Below the pieces are notes generated by a model, which made no database searches, was not told the DNA's origin, and worked only from the letters and a program-made list of their open reading frames with translations. Shown here piece by piece: positions 16,553 through 27,349 of a stretch of DNA of 64,000 nucleotides. How positions within the stretch are numbered: the stretch's first letter is position 1; the number at the start of each line of letters is the position of its first letter. Source of the stretch: a candidate division CSSED10-310 bacterium (GTDB lineage Bacteria > CSSED10-310 > JAFGJC01); NCBI GenBank assembly GCA_016927905.1, contig JAFGLW010000004.1, forward strand, positions 1 through 64,000, in the 5' to 3' direction. The position numbers and the translations under genes were made by a program.

Positions 16553-16762
16553 GGGACAATATCCTCTTCAAACCGATGACCTTACAGCCGATCTCAGTAT
16601 TCTATCCGTTCGGGAAACTGATGACAATGATAGCGTGTCAGGCATTGGAAAAACAATTAGGGTGAACCACCCGGCCTGCCAGGGTCAGGATCGAACCGGA
16701 AAAGGAAATCGAAAGATGACGGATTGTCCGGTTGGGTGGGTTGGAGCTGTATTTCGGCGCTG

Positions 16763-18034
16763 TCAGGCAGCGATCGAGGTTCGACCGCCCATATAGGGAA
16801 CCAGAACATCCGGTATCCGCACCGAGCCGTCCGCCTGTTGATAAGTTTCAAAGATGGCGATCAGGGTGCGCGGCAAAGCCAGTCCCGAACCGTTCAGCGT
16901 ATGAACGAATTCGGGTTTCCCGCCTTTTTCCCTTCGAAATCTGATGTTCGCTCTTCTGGCCTGGAAATCCTCGAAATTGGAACACGAGCTGACTTCGAGC
17001 CATTCACTGCAGCCGGGCGCCCACATTTCGACATCGTACTTTTTCGATGCGACAAACGACAGATCCCCGGCACACATCTCGACAACCCGGTGGCAGATCT
17101 TCAGGTTCCGGCATACATCTTCCGCATCGGAAAGAAGACGCTCAAGCTCGTCATAGCTGGTCCGGGGATCGACAAACTTGACCATTTCGACCTTGTCGAA
17201 CTGGTGACCCCGTTTGATTCCGCGCACATCCCGCCCGGCGGACATTTTCTCGCGGCGGAAACAGGCGGTGAAAGCCGTATAGTATAAAGGCAGTATTCCC
17301 GGCTCAAAGATTTCGTCCGCATGCATGTTCGTAACGGGCACCTCAGCCGTGGGAATGAAATAAAAATCATCCTCATCGTCACGGTAGATGTTCTCGCCGA
17401 ACTTGGGAAGCTGGCCGGTTCCCACCATGCATTCGCGCTTGACCATGAACGGTGGATAGATTTCGGTATAACCGTGTTTTTGAACGTGCAGATCGAGCAT
17501 GAAGGCGGTGACGGCGCGTTGAAGTTGAGCGCCCGGACCCCTCAGAATATAAAACCGCGAGCCGGAGATCTTGACACCCCGCTCGAAATCGATGATTCCC
17601 AGCTTCTCGCAGATCTCCCAGTGCGGTTTCGGTTCAAAGTCGAAAACAGGCGTGTCCCCTTCGATCCGCACCACGATGTTCTCTTCCTCCGATGCGCCTT
17701 CCGGAACGGACTCATGCGGCATATTCGGGATCTGAAGCATCAGATCGTAAAGCATGCAGTCGGTTTTTTTGACTTCCAGATCCAGGGCGCTGATTTCATC
17801 GCCCACCCGGCGCATTTGAATAATCTTTTCGTTGCGCACTTCCGGATCTTTCTCCATGGATATTTCTTTGGATACCCGGTTCCGGCGGGCTTTCAACTCT
17901 TCGACCTGAACCAGCAGCTTTCTGCGGTGTTCATCCGCGGCCAGAATGTCATCCAGGGGAGCATCCGTGTGCAGGCGGTCGAGCGCTCTGCGGATCCGGT
18001 CGGGATCTTTACGCAGTATTCTGATATCCAGCAT
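16763..18034 (-). CDS. serS: Seryl-tRNA synthetase.
   Basis: [12 protein letters not shown]... has an N-terminal coiled-coil arm and a class II core. It is 423 aa. Confidence 0.9.
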   Translation of the reverse strand: MLDIRILRKDPDRIRRALDRLHTDAPLDDILAADEHRRKLLVQVEELKARRNRVSKEISMEKDPEVRNEKIIQMRRVGDEISALDLEVKKTDCMLYDLMLQIPNMPHESVPEGASEEENIVVRIEGDTPVFDFEPKPHWEICEKLGIIDFERGVKISGSRFYILRGPGAQLQRAVTAFMLDLHVQKHGYTEIYPPFMVKRECMVGTGQLPKFGENIYRDDEDDFYFIPTAEVPVTNMHADEIFEPGILPLYYTAFTACFRREKMSAGRDVRGIKRGHQFDKVEMVKFVDPRTSYDELERLLSDAEDVCRNLKICHRVVEMCAGDLSFVASKKYDVEMWAPGCSEWLEVSSCSNFEDFQARRANIRFRREKGGKPEFVHTLNGSGLALPRTLIAIFETYQQADGSVRIPDVLVPYMGGRTSIAA

Positions 18035-18047
18035 GATGGCGTTCCTT

Positions 18048-18398
18048 TCAGGAGGTCATCGGACGGTTGCGCTCATCCACGCGGATGATTCTGGGGTGAT
18101 GCTCCCCTGATTCTTCCTCCGGCAGCCAGACGGTGGCCAGAATGATTACGAGATCACCCGGCATGAACCTGCGCGCCGCCGCTCCGTTCATGCAGATCTC
18201 CCCGGAACCGGTTTCGCCCGGCATGGCATAGGTCTCGATACGTTCGCCGTTGTTGATATTCAATACACTGACCATCTCGAAAGGCTGGATTCCCGCCATA
18301 TCCATCAGACTGCGGTCGATGGTGATGCTTCCTTCGTAGTGAAGATCGGCATCGGTCACGATCGCGCGATGTATTTTGCATTTCAACATCTTGTTCAT
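18048..18398 (-). CDS. panD: Aspartate 1-decarboxylase.
   Basis: [25 protein letters not shown]. It is 116 aa and has the pyruvoyl-dependent PanD signature. Confidence 0.9.
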   Translation of the reverse strand: MNKMLKCKIHRAIVTDADLHYEGSITIDRSLMDMAGIQPFEMVSVLNINNGERIETYAMPGETGSGEICMNGAAARRFMPGDLVIILATVWLPEEESGEHHPRIIRVDERNRPMTS

Positions 18399-18465
18399 TT
18401 CAACACCTCAAATTGTAAATCCTGCGCAGGACACGGATTTCGCAGGTTCCGGTCCCCGGAAAGAT

Positions 18466-19662
18466 CTACAGATCGCTGGTCATGATCAGGAGCGGTTTGG
18501 ACTCAAAGCTTTTGTAGTTCGGTCGCAGGCGCTTGGGATTGTAGTATTTTTCCACATCGACGACTTTTTTATGACTGGTGATGAGATCCAGCGGTACATC
18601 GTCGTACATGCCTTTCCGGATGCTGACCAGCCGCCCGCTCCGCCCCCTCAGAACCAGATCCAGCGCCAGATTGCCGAATGCGATGGGCACGATCGAATCC
18701 AGTGCATCCGGATCGCCGCATCTGACCAGATAGCCCAATCGCTGGTTTACCACGTTGATGGGTCGGTTGTTATTGTATGTCGGGGACAACTCCTTCAGTT
18801 TCTGCGAAATGATGTCTCCGATTCCACCCAGTTTCTTGTGACCGTAACTGTCGATCTCGTCGCTGGAGAAGACCATGTCTCCCCCCGAAAATGTCGCTCC
18901 CTCGGATACAATGACCACCGAATACCGGCTGGGGTTGCTGGAACGATCCTTTATGAGCAGCTCGGTGAGCAGGTGAATATCGAACGGGGATTCCGGGATG
19001 ACACACCGGTTGGCGGCACCGGCCAGCGTGGGCAGCAGGGCGGTGAATCCGGCATACCGTCCGAAAACTTCGATCACCAGGAATCGTTCGTGAGAACCGG
19101 CGGTAGTGCGCAGTGTATGGGTCATCTGGATGGTCCGGGTAACCGCGGTTGAGAATCCGAGACAGTAATCCGTTCCCGGAACGTCGTTATCCATGGTTTT
19201 GGGGATGCAGATGACATTCACGCCTTTGCCGGCCAGATGCGCCGCATAACTCAGCGTGTCGTCTCCCCCGATAGGAATCAAATAGTTGATATCGAGAAAA
19301 TCCAGGTTCTCGAGAACTTCCGGAGTCAAATCGTTCATTTCCCGGTTGTATTTCTCTGTCAAATGTTCCGGCACGTTGCACTTCGGCACATGACTGGGCC
19401 TGGTTCTGGAAGTGTGCAGAAATGTTCCGCCGGTCCGACCGATCTTGTTGACGGTGTCCCGGTTCAACTTGACATAGCAATCGCCGTTGTCCGCATGCTT
19501 GTCCCGCACCATCGACACCAGACCTTCCCATCCGCGCCGGATGCCGATGACGCTGTACCCTTCCTTGTTGGCCCGGATGGTGACCGCCCGGATAGCGGGA
19601 TTCAGACCGGGGACATCGCCGCCGCCGGTCAAGATTCCGATCGTTCCCTTTTTAGAGCTCAT
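18466..19662 (-). CDS. pfp: 6-phosphofructokinase, probably pyrophosphate-dependent.
   Basis: GILTGGGDVPGLN. GGDD (not GGDG) and PKTMDND (Lys in place of Gly124) are the residues used to distinguish PPi-PFK from ATP-PFK. Confidence 0.8.
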   Translation of the reverse strand: MSSKKGTIGILTGGGDVPGLNPAIRAVTIRANKEGYSVIGIRRGWEGLVSMVRDKHADNGDCYVKLNRDTVNKIGRTGGTFLHTSRTRPSHVPKCNVPEHLTEKYNREMNDLTPEVLENLDFLDINYLIPIGGDDTLSYAAHLAGKGVNVICIPKTMDNDVPGTDYCLGFSTAVTRTIQMTHTLRTTAGSHERFLVIEVFGRYAGFTALLPTLAGAANRCVIPESPFDIHLLTELLIKDRSSNPSRYSVVIVSEGATFSGGDMVFSSDEIDSYGHKKLGGIGDIISQKLKELSPTYNNNRPINVVNQRLGYLVRCGDPDALDSIVPIAFGNLALDLVLRGRSGRLVSIRKGMYDDVPLDLITSHKKVVDVEKYYNPKRLRPNYKSFESKPLLIMTSDL

Positions 19663-19699
19663 GGCATTCTCCTCTTGCGCACCAGATCAATACATCAAT

Positions 19700-20065
19700 T
19701 CAGGCGTCGATTTCAATGCCTTCCGAATCGAATTCCATGCCCAGCACAACCACTCCGAATCTTGCCTCCATGCGCCGGATCGTCGCCGGAATAGTCAGCG
19801 AATGGTTGTCAAGGGTCATGGTCATGTTCAAGGTTTCGCCGCTTTCCAGCGACGGCGCTTCCACCGGCTTGAACCGGATGGAAATCCCCTCCCGTGAAAC
19901 ATCCACAATCTCACCTCTGCAGACGATCGGGAAAAACACTTCCATTCCGGGTTCAACCGGTATCCGTTCGTGAATCCTGCGATTGCCGGGTTTTTTCTTT
20001 GAGGAAATGAGTTTCTCGATTCGCTCCCTGGGCCGATTCTCCGGTTCGTTGATATCCGATCTCAT
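19700..20065 (-). CDS. PilZ-domain protein (c-di-GMP receptor).
   Basis: RRIHERIP followed by DVSREGISI, which is the RxxxR...DxSxxG pattern. It heads the minus-strand pfp-panD-serS cluster. Confidence 0.65.
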   Translation of the reverse strand: MRSDINEPENRPRERIEKLISSKKKPGNRRIHERIPVEPGMEVFFPIVCRGEIVDVSREGISIRFKPVEAPSLESGETLNMTMTLDNHSLTIPATIRRMEARFGVVVLGMEFDSEGIEIDA

Positions 20066-20229
20066 GCCAGTCCTCCTGGAAATTTACTCCCGTATTATCT
20101 ATCATGTTCACCGGTAGAATGAAATGACCATCCGGAAAATCGGGGCACCGGTTTTTCAGGTGCGGAAAGAACCTCCCTTGGCAGCAAACTTGCTTGATAT
20201 CTTCCAAGGTATTTTCACCAGGAGGTGAC

Positions 20230-23200
20230 ATGATGGGTCATATTTGGATTCGATGGATTGCGTTGACGGTCTGTTGCCTGACCGCAGGACCGGTTCTGGC
20301 CGGTCAGGTCGGGGATCATCGCGCGGCTTATCAACGGGCTGTAGACGAAGCCTGCCAGGGCAGGACGGACGGATTGGCGATATACGTATCCGGCGATCCT
20401 CTGCCTGCGGGAGAGGAAATCAAAACCTGGAAGGGAATATTCCTGACTCTGGATACGGCGCAATGGCTGGTTTTTATCGATGAACATCCCGGCGCCAACT
20501 GGGAACATTCCTGCCGGTTTGTCCTGGTGGATCCCGGAACGGGAGTGGTCCGGATGACCCGGGGTACCCGGCCGCCGGAATGTCTGGGAGACATGATTCA
20601 CATGTCCGGTCCCGATATTCTCGGAGGAGAAAACGTGCGGCCCACTCTGAAATCCGCCCGGTCCCCGGCTGCACCCGCCGGCCGGTCGGTCGAGCATCTC
20701 TGGGCGGTGATTCTTTCGGGGGGAGCATCCCAGTACTCCAACTATCCCCGGTACTGGAACGACTGCTCCAGCATCTATACGACGCTGGTGAACGTATACG
20801 GGTACCTGGACGAAAACATTATCGTGGCTATTTCCGACGGAACCGATCCGGCCCCGGACCAGAGTAACGGGGGAAATTCCAATCCGGATCTGGACGGCGA
20901 CGGCGATGACGACATTATGTTCTCCTGTATCAAGACCAATCTGGACATTATTTTCGCCGATCTGGCAACCAACCTGACATCTCAGGATTCGCTGTTCATT
21001 TTCACCACCGATCACGGAAACGGCCAGCTTGGCGTACCGGGTCAACCGACCTCGATGAACCTGTGGAACGGGGAAGAAATCTGGGATTATGAATTCGCCG
21101 CCCTGATGGAGCCCATTCAATGCCGGGAATTCAATGTGGTGCTGGAACCCTGTTTTTCCGGTGGATTCGTCAATGACATCATCGAGATGAACTCGTCTGT
21201 TCCCCGGTCGGTGTCATCCGCGGCGAATGATCATGAATATTCATGGGCCATGGGTCCCGATTATATTTACGACACCTATGTGTTTCACTGGACGGCGGCG
21301 GTAACGGGAGAAGACGCTTTCGGGAATCCCGTAGACGCCGATACCAACATGGACGGCATCGTGGACATGTATGAAGCGTATGTTTACGCCGAGTTCATGG
21401 ATGACGATGACGAGCATCCCCAGTATGACGACTGGCCGGAGGGGTACGGTTCCACAACCAGTCTGTGGGGATCGGGACCGAATTCAGAGGGTGAAGTCAA
21501 GCTCGACCGAACGCTTTACAACTGTGACGATACCATCGAAATCACCGTGGAAGATCTCGATCTGGAAGGCCAAGGTACGCTGACCATCACCATCGATTCG
21601 ACTACCGAACCCGGCGGTGAATCCGTGATTTTGACCGAAACGGATACCGCGCATTTTGAAGGAACGATCGCCACGGGCACCGGGACCTCTTCACCCGACG
21701 GCATTCTCCAGGTCGATCACGGGGATTTCGTCACCGCAACCTATGAAGACGACAATTACGGCGGCCAGGGCCCCATGACACTTACCGATCAGTCGACCGT
21801 CGACTGCCTGGCTCCCGTCATTTCCAATGTCCATACCGACGATATGACCTATCAATCCGCTACGGTTTACTGGACCACCGACGAACCCGCAACGTCCCGC
21901 GTGGAATACGGAATCGACATGGGGCTGGGGACCGTGGTGGAATCGACCGAACCGGTGACCGACCATGCCGTCCTGATCACCGGGCTGGATGACTGCACAA
22001 CCTATTACTTCAAAGTGCTGTCCACCGACCAGGCCGGTAACCAGGCCGAAGACGATAACGGCGGTCTCATGTATTCCTTCCAGACCTGGGAAGTCGTCTA
22101 CCAGTTGAACGAAACCTTGGACTCCAATCCCGGATGGACCATATCGGGAGGTCAGTGGGCGTTCGGCCAGCCGACGGGCGGCGGCGGGGCCTACGGCGGT
22201 CCGGATCCCACCGGAGGATATACCGGCACCAACGTTTATGGCTACAACCTCAACGGCGATTACGCCAACAACATACCCGAATACAACCTGACCACCACCG
22301 TCATCGACTGTTCCGACGCCGAAGGCGTCATCTTTGGATTCCGGCGGTGGCTGGGCGTGGAACGTAATTTTTACGATCACGCCGCTGTCAGGATTTCCAC
22401 CGACGGATCCACCTGGACGACGATCTGGGCGAACCCGGATGCGGAAACGGCCGATACCGCCTGGGTCTATCAGGAATTCGACGTGTCGGCCTATGCCGAT
22501 CACCAGAGCACCGTCTATTTTCGGTGGGTGATGGGAACGACCGATGGCGGATGGACCTATTGCGGCTGGAATATCGACGATGTCATCGTGTACTACTCCA
22601 ATCCCTGCGGAGAACCGACGTCGACACCGCCGGCAACCTGCACACCGACCACGGTCCCCACCGGCACACCGCCGCCGGCCACCCATACACCGGCTCCCCC
22701 CACCCATACACCGGCTCCCCCCACCGACACACCGGCTCCCCCCACCGACACCCCGGTACCGCCAACCAACACGATGATTCCGACCAACACCCAGATTCCC
22801 ACATACACGTCCATGCCGCCGACCGACACCCCGGCCCCGCCGACCGACACACCGGTGCCGCCCACGGAGACGCCTTCCTTTGAAAAGGGGATGGTGCTCA
22901 TGCTGGATGATACGGACCTGACAGCGGGAGACCGGTTTTATCTGCACATGAACCTGAATAATCCCGAACCGGAAGCGTACCAGGCTGATGCGTACGTGCT
23001 GCTGGGTATATGGGGTGATTACTGGTTCTGGCCCAGCTGGATACATATGAGCCAGGGATTGGATTCACAAACGTACAGCATCCCCTCCGGAACCACACCC
23101 AAAGATCTTCTCGACTTCACATGGCCCGGCAATGTGGGACAGGCGGGCAATCTCGAATTCATCGGCTGCCTGTTCCGGCCCGGAAGCTGGAATATGATCG

Positions 23201-23235
23201 GCTCGGTTCAGTACATCAACTGGTCGTACCATTGA
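20230..23235 (+). CDS. Secreted legumain-like (C13, clan CD) cysteine peptidase. Order: peptidase domain, beta-sandwich domain, FN3-like domain, lectin-like domain, Pro/Thr linker, ~115-aa conserved C-terminal domain.
   Basis: It has a signal peptide (MMGHIWIRWIALTVCCLTAGPVLAG). FIFTTDHGNG and VLEPCFSGGF form the His-Gly/Cys dyad of legumain/GPI-transamidase. The PT linker ([13 protein letters not shown]...) is at 22615-22885. The C-terminal domain is shared with the ORF at 37578. Confidence 0.8.
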   Translation: MMGHIWIRWIALTVCCLTAGPVLAGQVGDHRAAYQRAVDEACQGRTDGLAIYVSGDPLPAGEEIKTWKGIFLTLDTAQWLVFIDEHPGANWEHSCRFVLVDPGTGVVRMTRGTRPPECLGDMIHMSGPDILGGENVRPTLKSARSPAAPAGRSVEHLWAVILSGGASQYSNYPRYWNDCSSIYTTLVNVYGYLDENIIVAISDGTDPAPDQSNGGNSNPDLDGDGDDDIMFSCIKTNLDIIFADLATNLTSQDSLFIFTTDHGNGQLGVPGQPTSMNLWNGEEIWDYEFAALMEPIQCREFNVVLEPCFSGGFVNDIIEMNSSVPRSVSSAANDHEYSWAMGPDYIYDTYVFHWTAAVTGEDAFGNPVDADTNMDGIVDMYEAYVYAEFMDDDDEHPQYDDWPEGYGSTTSLWGSGPNSEGEVKLDRTLYNCDDTIEITVEDLDLEGQGTLTITIDSTTEPGGESVILTETDTAHFEGTIATGTGTSSPDGILQVDHGDFVTATYEDDNYGGQGPMTLTDQSTVDCLAPVISNVHTDDMTYQSATVYWTTDEPATSRVEYGIDMGLGTVVESTEPVTDHAVLITGLDDCTTYYFKVLSTDQAGNQAEDDNGGLMYSFQTWEVVYQLNETLDSNPGWTISGGQWAFGQPTGGGGAYGGPDPTGGYTGTNVYGYNLNGDYANNIPEYNLTTTVIDCSDAEGVIFGFRRWLGVERNFYDHAAVRISTDGSTWTTIWANPDAETADTAWVYQEFDVSAYADHQSTVYFRWVMGTTDGGWTYCGWNIDDVIVYYSNPCGEPTSTPPATCTPTTVPTGTPPPATHTPAPPTHTPAPPTDTPAPPTDTPVPPTNTMIPTNTQIPTYTSMPPTDTPAPPTDTPVPPTETPSFEKGMVLMLDDTDLTAGDRFYLHMNLNNPEPEAYQADAYVLLGIWGDYWFWPSWIHMSQGLDSQTYSIPSGTTPKDLLDFTWPGNVGQAGNLEFIGCLFRPGSWNMIGSVQYINWSYH
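22615..22885 (+). repeat. Intragenic imperfect tandem repeats (about 15-24-bp periods) encoding the Pro/Thr linker.
   Basis: Reiterated cacaccggctccccccacc and ccgaccgacaccccggcc units. Confidence 0.7.
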
Positions 23236-23284
23236 GGACTTAATCGGGCATTTCAGCGGATGGGAATGCAAATGAACTGATTGA

Positions 23285-23310
23285 AGCGCGCCGCCGGCGC
23301 GCTTTTTTTT
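23285..23310 (+). terminator. Rho-independent terminator.
   Basis: agcgcgccg / ggcgcgct stem followed by T8, 50 nt after the peptidase stop. Confidence 0.65.
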
Positions 23311-23393
23311 AGCGAAGAAGATGTCGTTCGTCGGCCGGTATTGTATTATTGAACTCGAAGCGGACACGAAAGGATGTGACGGCATGGCCAGGT

Positions 23394-26275
23394 TGCGTTA
23401 CCCGGTGATCATGATTCTTGCCGCGGCGTTTATGCTGATTTCGATTTTGCCCGCATCCGGACAGTTTTTGTTCGATCCGGCATGGAACTGGCGATCGGTT
23501 GAAACGGAACATTTCAGGATTCATTACCCGGTCAATCTGGAATTCTGGACGCTGCGGACGGTCTCGAAGATGGAAGCCATTCACCGGGAGGTTACGGTCC
23601 TGGTCGGTTATGGAATAGAGCGGAAAGTGGATGTGCTGGTCATGGATCCGGCTGGGCAGCCGAACGGAATGGCCATGCCGTTTCTCGATTTCCCCCGGAT
23701 CATCCTGTGGGCGACATCCCCGGACCCGGAAATGCTGTTCGGCGGTCTAAGTGACTGGGGTGAACTGGTTTTCGCACACGAAGATGTGCATATCGTTCAT
23801 TTAAGCCGCCGGGCACGCAATGCCATGGAAAAGATAGTGAGTTTTTTACTGCCGATCGGTCCCCTGGCGCTGAAATCCCCCCTGTGGCTGGTGGAAGGAT
23901 TTGCCGTATTGAACGAAAGCGAGCTGACCGGGCGGGGCCGGTGCCGGAGCAGCCTGAGGGCGATGTTTCTCAGGCAGCTGGCCCTGGAAGGCAAACTTCC
24001 GGAATATTCCGGGTTGAACGGCGGGGATCCCTGGACCGGCCGTCGAATCCCGTACCTGGTCGGATCGGCATTCCTGGAATGGCTGAAAACGGAAAGCGGC
24101 AATCCGGACGCCTGCCTGCATCTGTTCAAGCGCATGTCCGCGCGGCAAAAACGGAGTTTCGTGGAGGCGTTCAGCGGCTTGTTTGAAGGGATGCCGGAAG
24201 ACCTGTATGACCGGTTCAAAGCCGAAACGATCGCCGAAGCATTCAAGATCGAGCAGTCGGTTGAAACGGTAGGACGGATCGAAGGTGACAAATGGGCCGA
24301 TTTCGAGGGCATGACCGGCCGGCCGGCGGTTTCTTTGGACGGATCGAAACTCGCGGTGATCCGCAGGGATCCCCCCAAACCGCTCCGGCTGGAAATCCTC
24401 AGCACATCGGAAACCGATCCAAAGAAAAAAGAAAAGAAAAAAGCACCGGATCCGGAGGATATCCCGGATAAAATGTGGAAACCTCCCGAAAGAAAGCAAA
24501 TTGCCGAATTCACTGCACGGAACGGCATTTATCCGAACGATCCCAGGTGGTTTCCGGACAACCGGTCGATCGTTTTCGATGCTGCGGCTGTCGGGCCGGA
24601 CAGCATGTTTCATTACGACCTGTACAGATGGAATATCGATACCGGAAATCTGGAGCGTTTGACGCGAAGCGAAGATCTGCATTCGGCGGATGTATCGCCG
24701 GACGGCAGCTGGCTGGCCGCCGTCCGCAGGCGGTCGGGCATGTCGTCGCTGGTCCGATTGGATCTGCGGACGCGCCGGGTATCCGAACTGATCGAACCCG
24801 CTCCGGACATATCCTGGGGTGCCCCCCGCATCTCTCCGGACGGCCGGAAATTAGCCGCAGCCTGCTGGGGCAGGGGGTTCAGCGAGATCCGGATTCTCGA
24901 TCTGGACACCGGTGCAGGTTCCCGAATATCCGGATTTGAACGGGATATCCTCGCGTTCCCGGCCTGGACCGGGGGGAACGGGCTTGTATATTCGACGGAT
25001 AACACCGGCATTTACAATCTGGAGTATTACGACTGCGAAAACAACCTGAAAAGGCAGTTGACCTTGACCACAAGCGGCATATTCAGCCCCGAACCCGATC
25101 CGGGACACCCGGGTAATCTCTATTATATCGCACCCGATTCAAAGGGATTCGACATCTATTATTTCTCCCCGGGCGATTCCGCCGTTCCGGATCTTCATCT
25201 TAACGGATTCTGTCCGGTGATGCCGCCGATGGATCCCGTTGAAATCCCGATTTACGAAACGCAGGAAATATCCCCCGGACTGCCGTACCGCCTGGGCCCG
25301 CGCCCGGAATTCGCATTCGCTTTCAGCGGCGGGTTGACACCTTCCGGAGACAGTATCGAACTGGGAATGAACGGCGGAGATGTTCTGGGCCGGCTGGGTT
25401 ATTCACTCATGGCCGCTTACGGATACTCAGGCGGAACAACCGGAGGATCGATGGAGGCGAGTTTAAAACGGTGGCCCATCGGTTTTTCGGCTGACCTGTT
25501 CTGGACCCGGTCGGAACCCAGCGAACAGGATGATTATCACCGGGTGACACCCCTGCTGGCTGACCGGAAAACGTACGGAATCAGCCTGGGATCCGACTGG
25601 TCGCGGATATTCCGGCTGGGATCGTTTGCGGCCAATGCCCGCGTGTTGACGGAACGGATCCGGCCGGAATCCGGCACCGATGATATATCCAAAAGCCTGA
25701 TCGGCTTGAGTTTCGATACGGTATCCCGGTTTTCATACGGCCATGCCGGGTTTTCAGCCGCCTTGAAAGGTGATTATCTTTCGGGGATGACTGACGGGGA
25801 ATATTGGAGTCAAGCCAGGCTGACCGGCAGAACGGCTCTGCGTTACCGCCATTTCATGTTCACGGCGCAAGCCGGAAAGGGAAAAACCTACGGGGATTTC
25901 TCTCCGACGGACGTTTTTCACCTGGGCGGATGGATATCTTCCGTGGAATCACCGATGGATCTGCATGGGCGGATACCGGTTGCCTATCTGCCGGCGGGCA
26001 TCCTGATCGGCCGGAACTTCGAGCAGCTGCGACTGGAGCTGGCACCGGATGCCGGAATCCCGTTCATGCTCTTCGCGGAATGCGCCCGGGTATGGTGCAA
26101 TACGGCAAAACCGGACCCGATCCGGGCGATCGGACTGGAACTTAATGGTGAAATCCCGCCGATATCTCTTTTGAAAATCCCGTCTACAAGCGTCCGTGCG
26201 GGGTTTGCCTATATCCTGGACGAGCCTTATGAAAACAAGTGGAAAGGATATATCGCCGTTTCGATCAGACCATGA
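23394..26275 (+). CDS. Large exported protein with an N-terminal HExxH-containing region, TolB-like beta-propeller repeats, and a C-terminal beta-barrel-like region. Putative outer-membrane protein.
   Basis: It has a signal peptide (MARLRYPVIMILAAAFMLISILPASG). The metal motif is FAHEDVHIVH. The repeats are DGSKLAV / SPDGSWLAAV / SPDGRKLAAA. The last ~380 aa show an alternating amphipathic pattern. Confidence 0.55.
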
Positions 26276-26291
26276 AGGGAAGGCGAAGGTC

Positions 26292-27260
26292 ATGAAATGG
26301 AACATATTGCTGTTTGCCATCTGGATCGCTTCCGCCGATGCCGGTTCAACCGATCCGCCCAGCCTGATTCCCTGCAGCGCGGAATCGGTTCCGAAACAGG
26401 CCGTCCCGGTTCAACCGGACTGGCTGGAAATGGGACCCGGCATTCTGAGCATGCTGAAGGAGGATTTCAGGGGAGTCAGTACAGTCCGTATTTCCATCGA
26501 CTCGAACCCGGAATCCGGCTCCGCCGCAGATCACCTGGTATTGTATTTTCAGCACCATCCGGTGTGGCTGATGAGTCCTTCCGGGGAATTCAATCCGGGA
26601 GCGGTATTGCTGTACGATCTGTCCGGTATCTCAGAATATCTGCGTCTTTTGCCGATCGATGTCTGGGACAGCCTGGTTTTCGCCTTGGAAAATCCGGATG
26701 ACCTGACCCTGTCGGCGATAACGGTGAAACACAACAATCAGACCATCCTGGACTGGAACGGAACCGCGACACTCACAGGGTCCGGAATTTCTCGACTCGA
26801 CATGGGTATTTCGATCCTGTCTTCAAAACTGTCTCAGTGCCCCGAGACACCGAATGGGATCGCATTCCGCGCGCTCCAGGAACTGGGCAAGGATGATGGC
26901 ACGAAATATGCCGATGAATCCCCGGGAGGCTGGTGCAGCGAATTCGCCGCCTGGGTCCTCCGCCACCACGGCTGGGATACCCCCGCCGGATCGATCGGAA
27001 GCCGGCATATGAGAGATTTCTTCTTAGGATATGACAGGCTGTTCGCCATCGAAGACGTATACAGTGGCGATTACACGATTCAGATGGGGGATTACCTGTC
27101 GATGTTCGACGGCGTCCACAGCGGATTGTTCCTTGCCTATCTGGGACCGCCCGGACCGCCCGGACCCGGCACACGGGTTCTCACCATCGAAGGGGGCAGC
27201 AGGGTCGAATTGTGCACCCGCTGTCTGGAAGATTTCGATCACATCGGGAACGCTCAGTAA
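26292..27260 (+). CDS. Secreted protein with a C-terminal CHAP/NlpC-P60-like papain-fold domain (tentative).
   Basis: It has a signal peptide (MKWNILLFAIWIASADA). GGWCSEFAAWVLRHHGW followed by a downstream DGVHSG resembles a CHAP Cys...His pair. Confidence 0.5.
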   Translation: MKWNILLFAIWIASADAGSTDPPSLIPCSAESVPKQAVPVQPDWLEMGPGILSMLKEDFRGVSTVRISIDSNPESGSAADHLVLYFQHHPVWLMSPSGEFNPGAVLLYDLSGISEYLRLLPIDVWDSLVFALENPDDLTLSAITVKHNNQTILDWNGTATLTGSGISRLDMGISILSSKLSQCPETPNGIAFRALQELGKDDGTKYADESPGGWCSEFAAWVLRHHGWDTPAGSIGSRHMRDFFLGYDRLFAIEDVYSGDYTIQMGDYLSMFDGVHSGLFLAYLGPPGPPGPGTRVLTIEGGSRVELCTRCLEDFDHIGNAQ

Positions 27261-27349
27261 ACCGACCGATACCGGAACTGCCGGAAATGGTATGTTTTGC
27301 CTGTCCCGGGTGGATTTCCCCCTCACCGGGAATTGACAAATCAAGGGAC

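Noticed and set aside
16690-16745. tRNA gene on the minus strand (GGTTCGATCC T-loop-like motif) in the kinase/serS intergenic region.
   Set aside because: No complementary T-stem, acceptor stem or anticodon arm could be formed. It is an isolated motif and likely coincidental.
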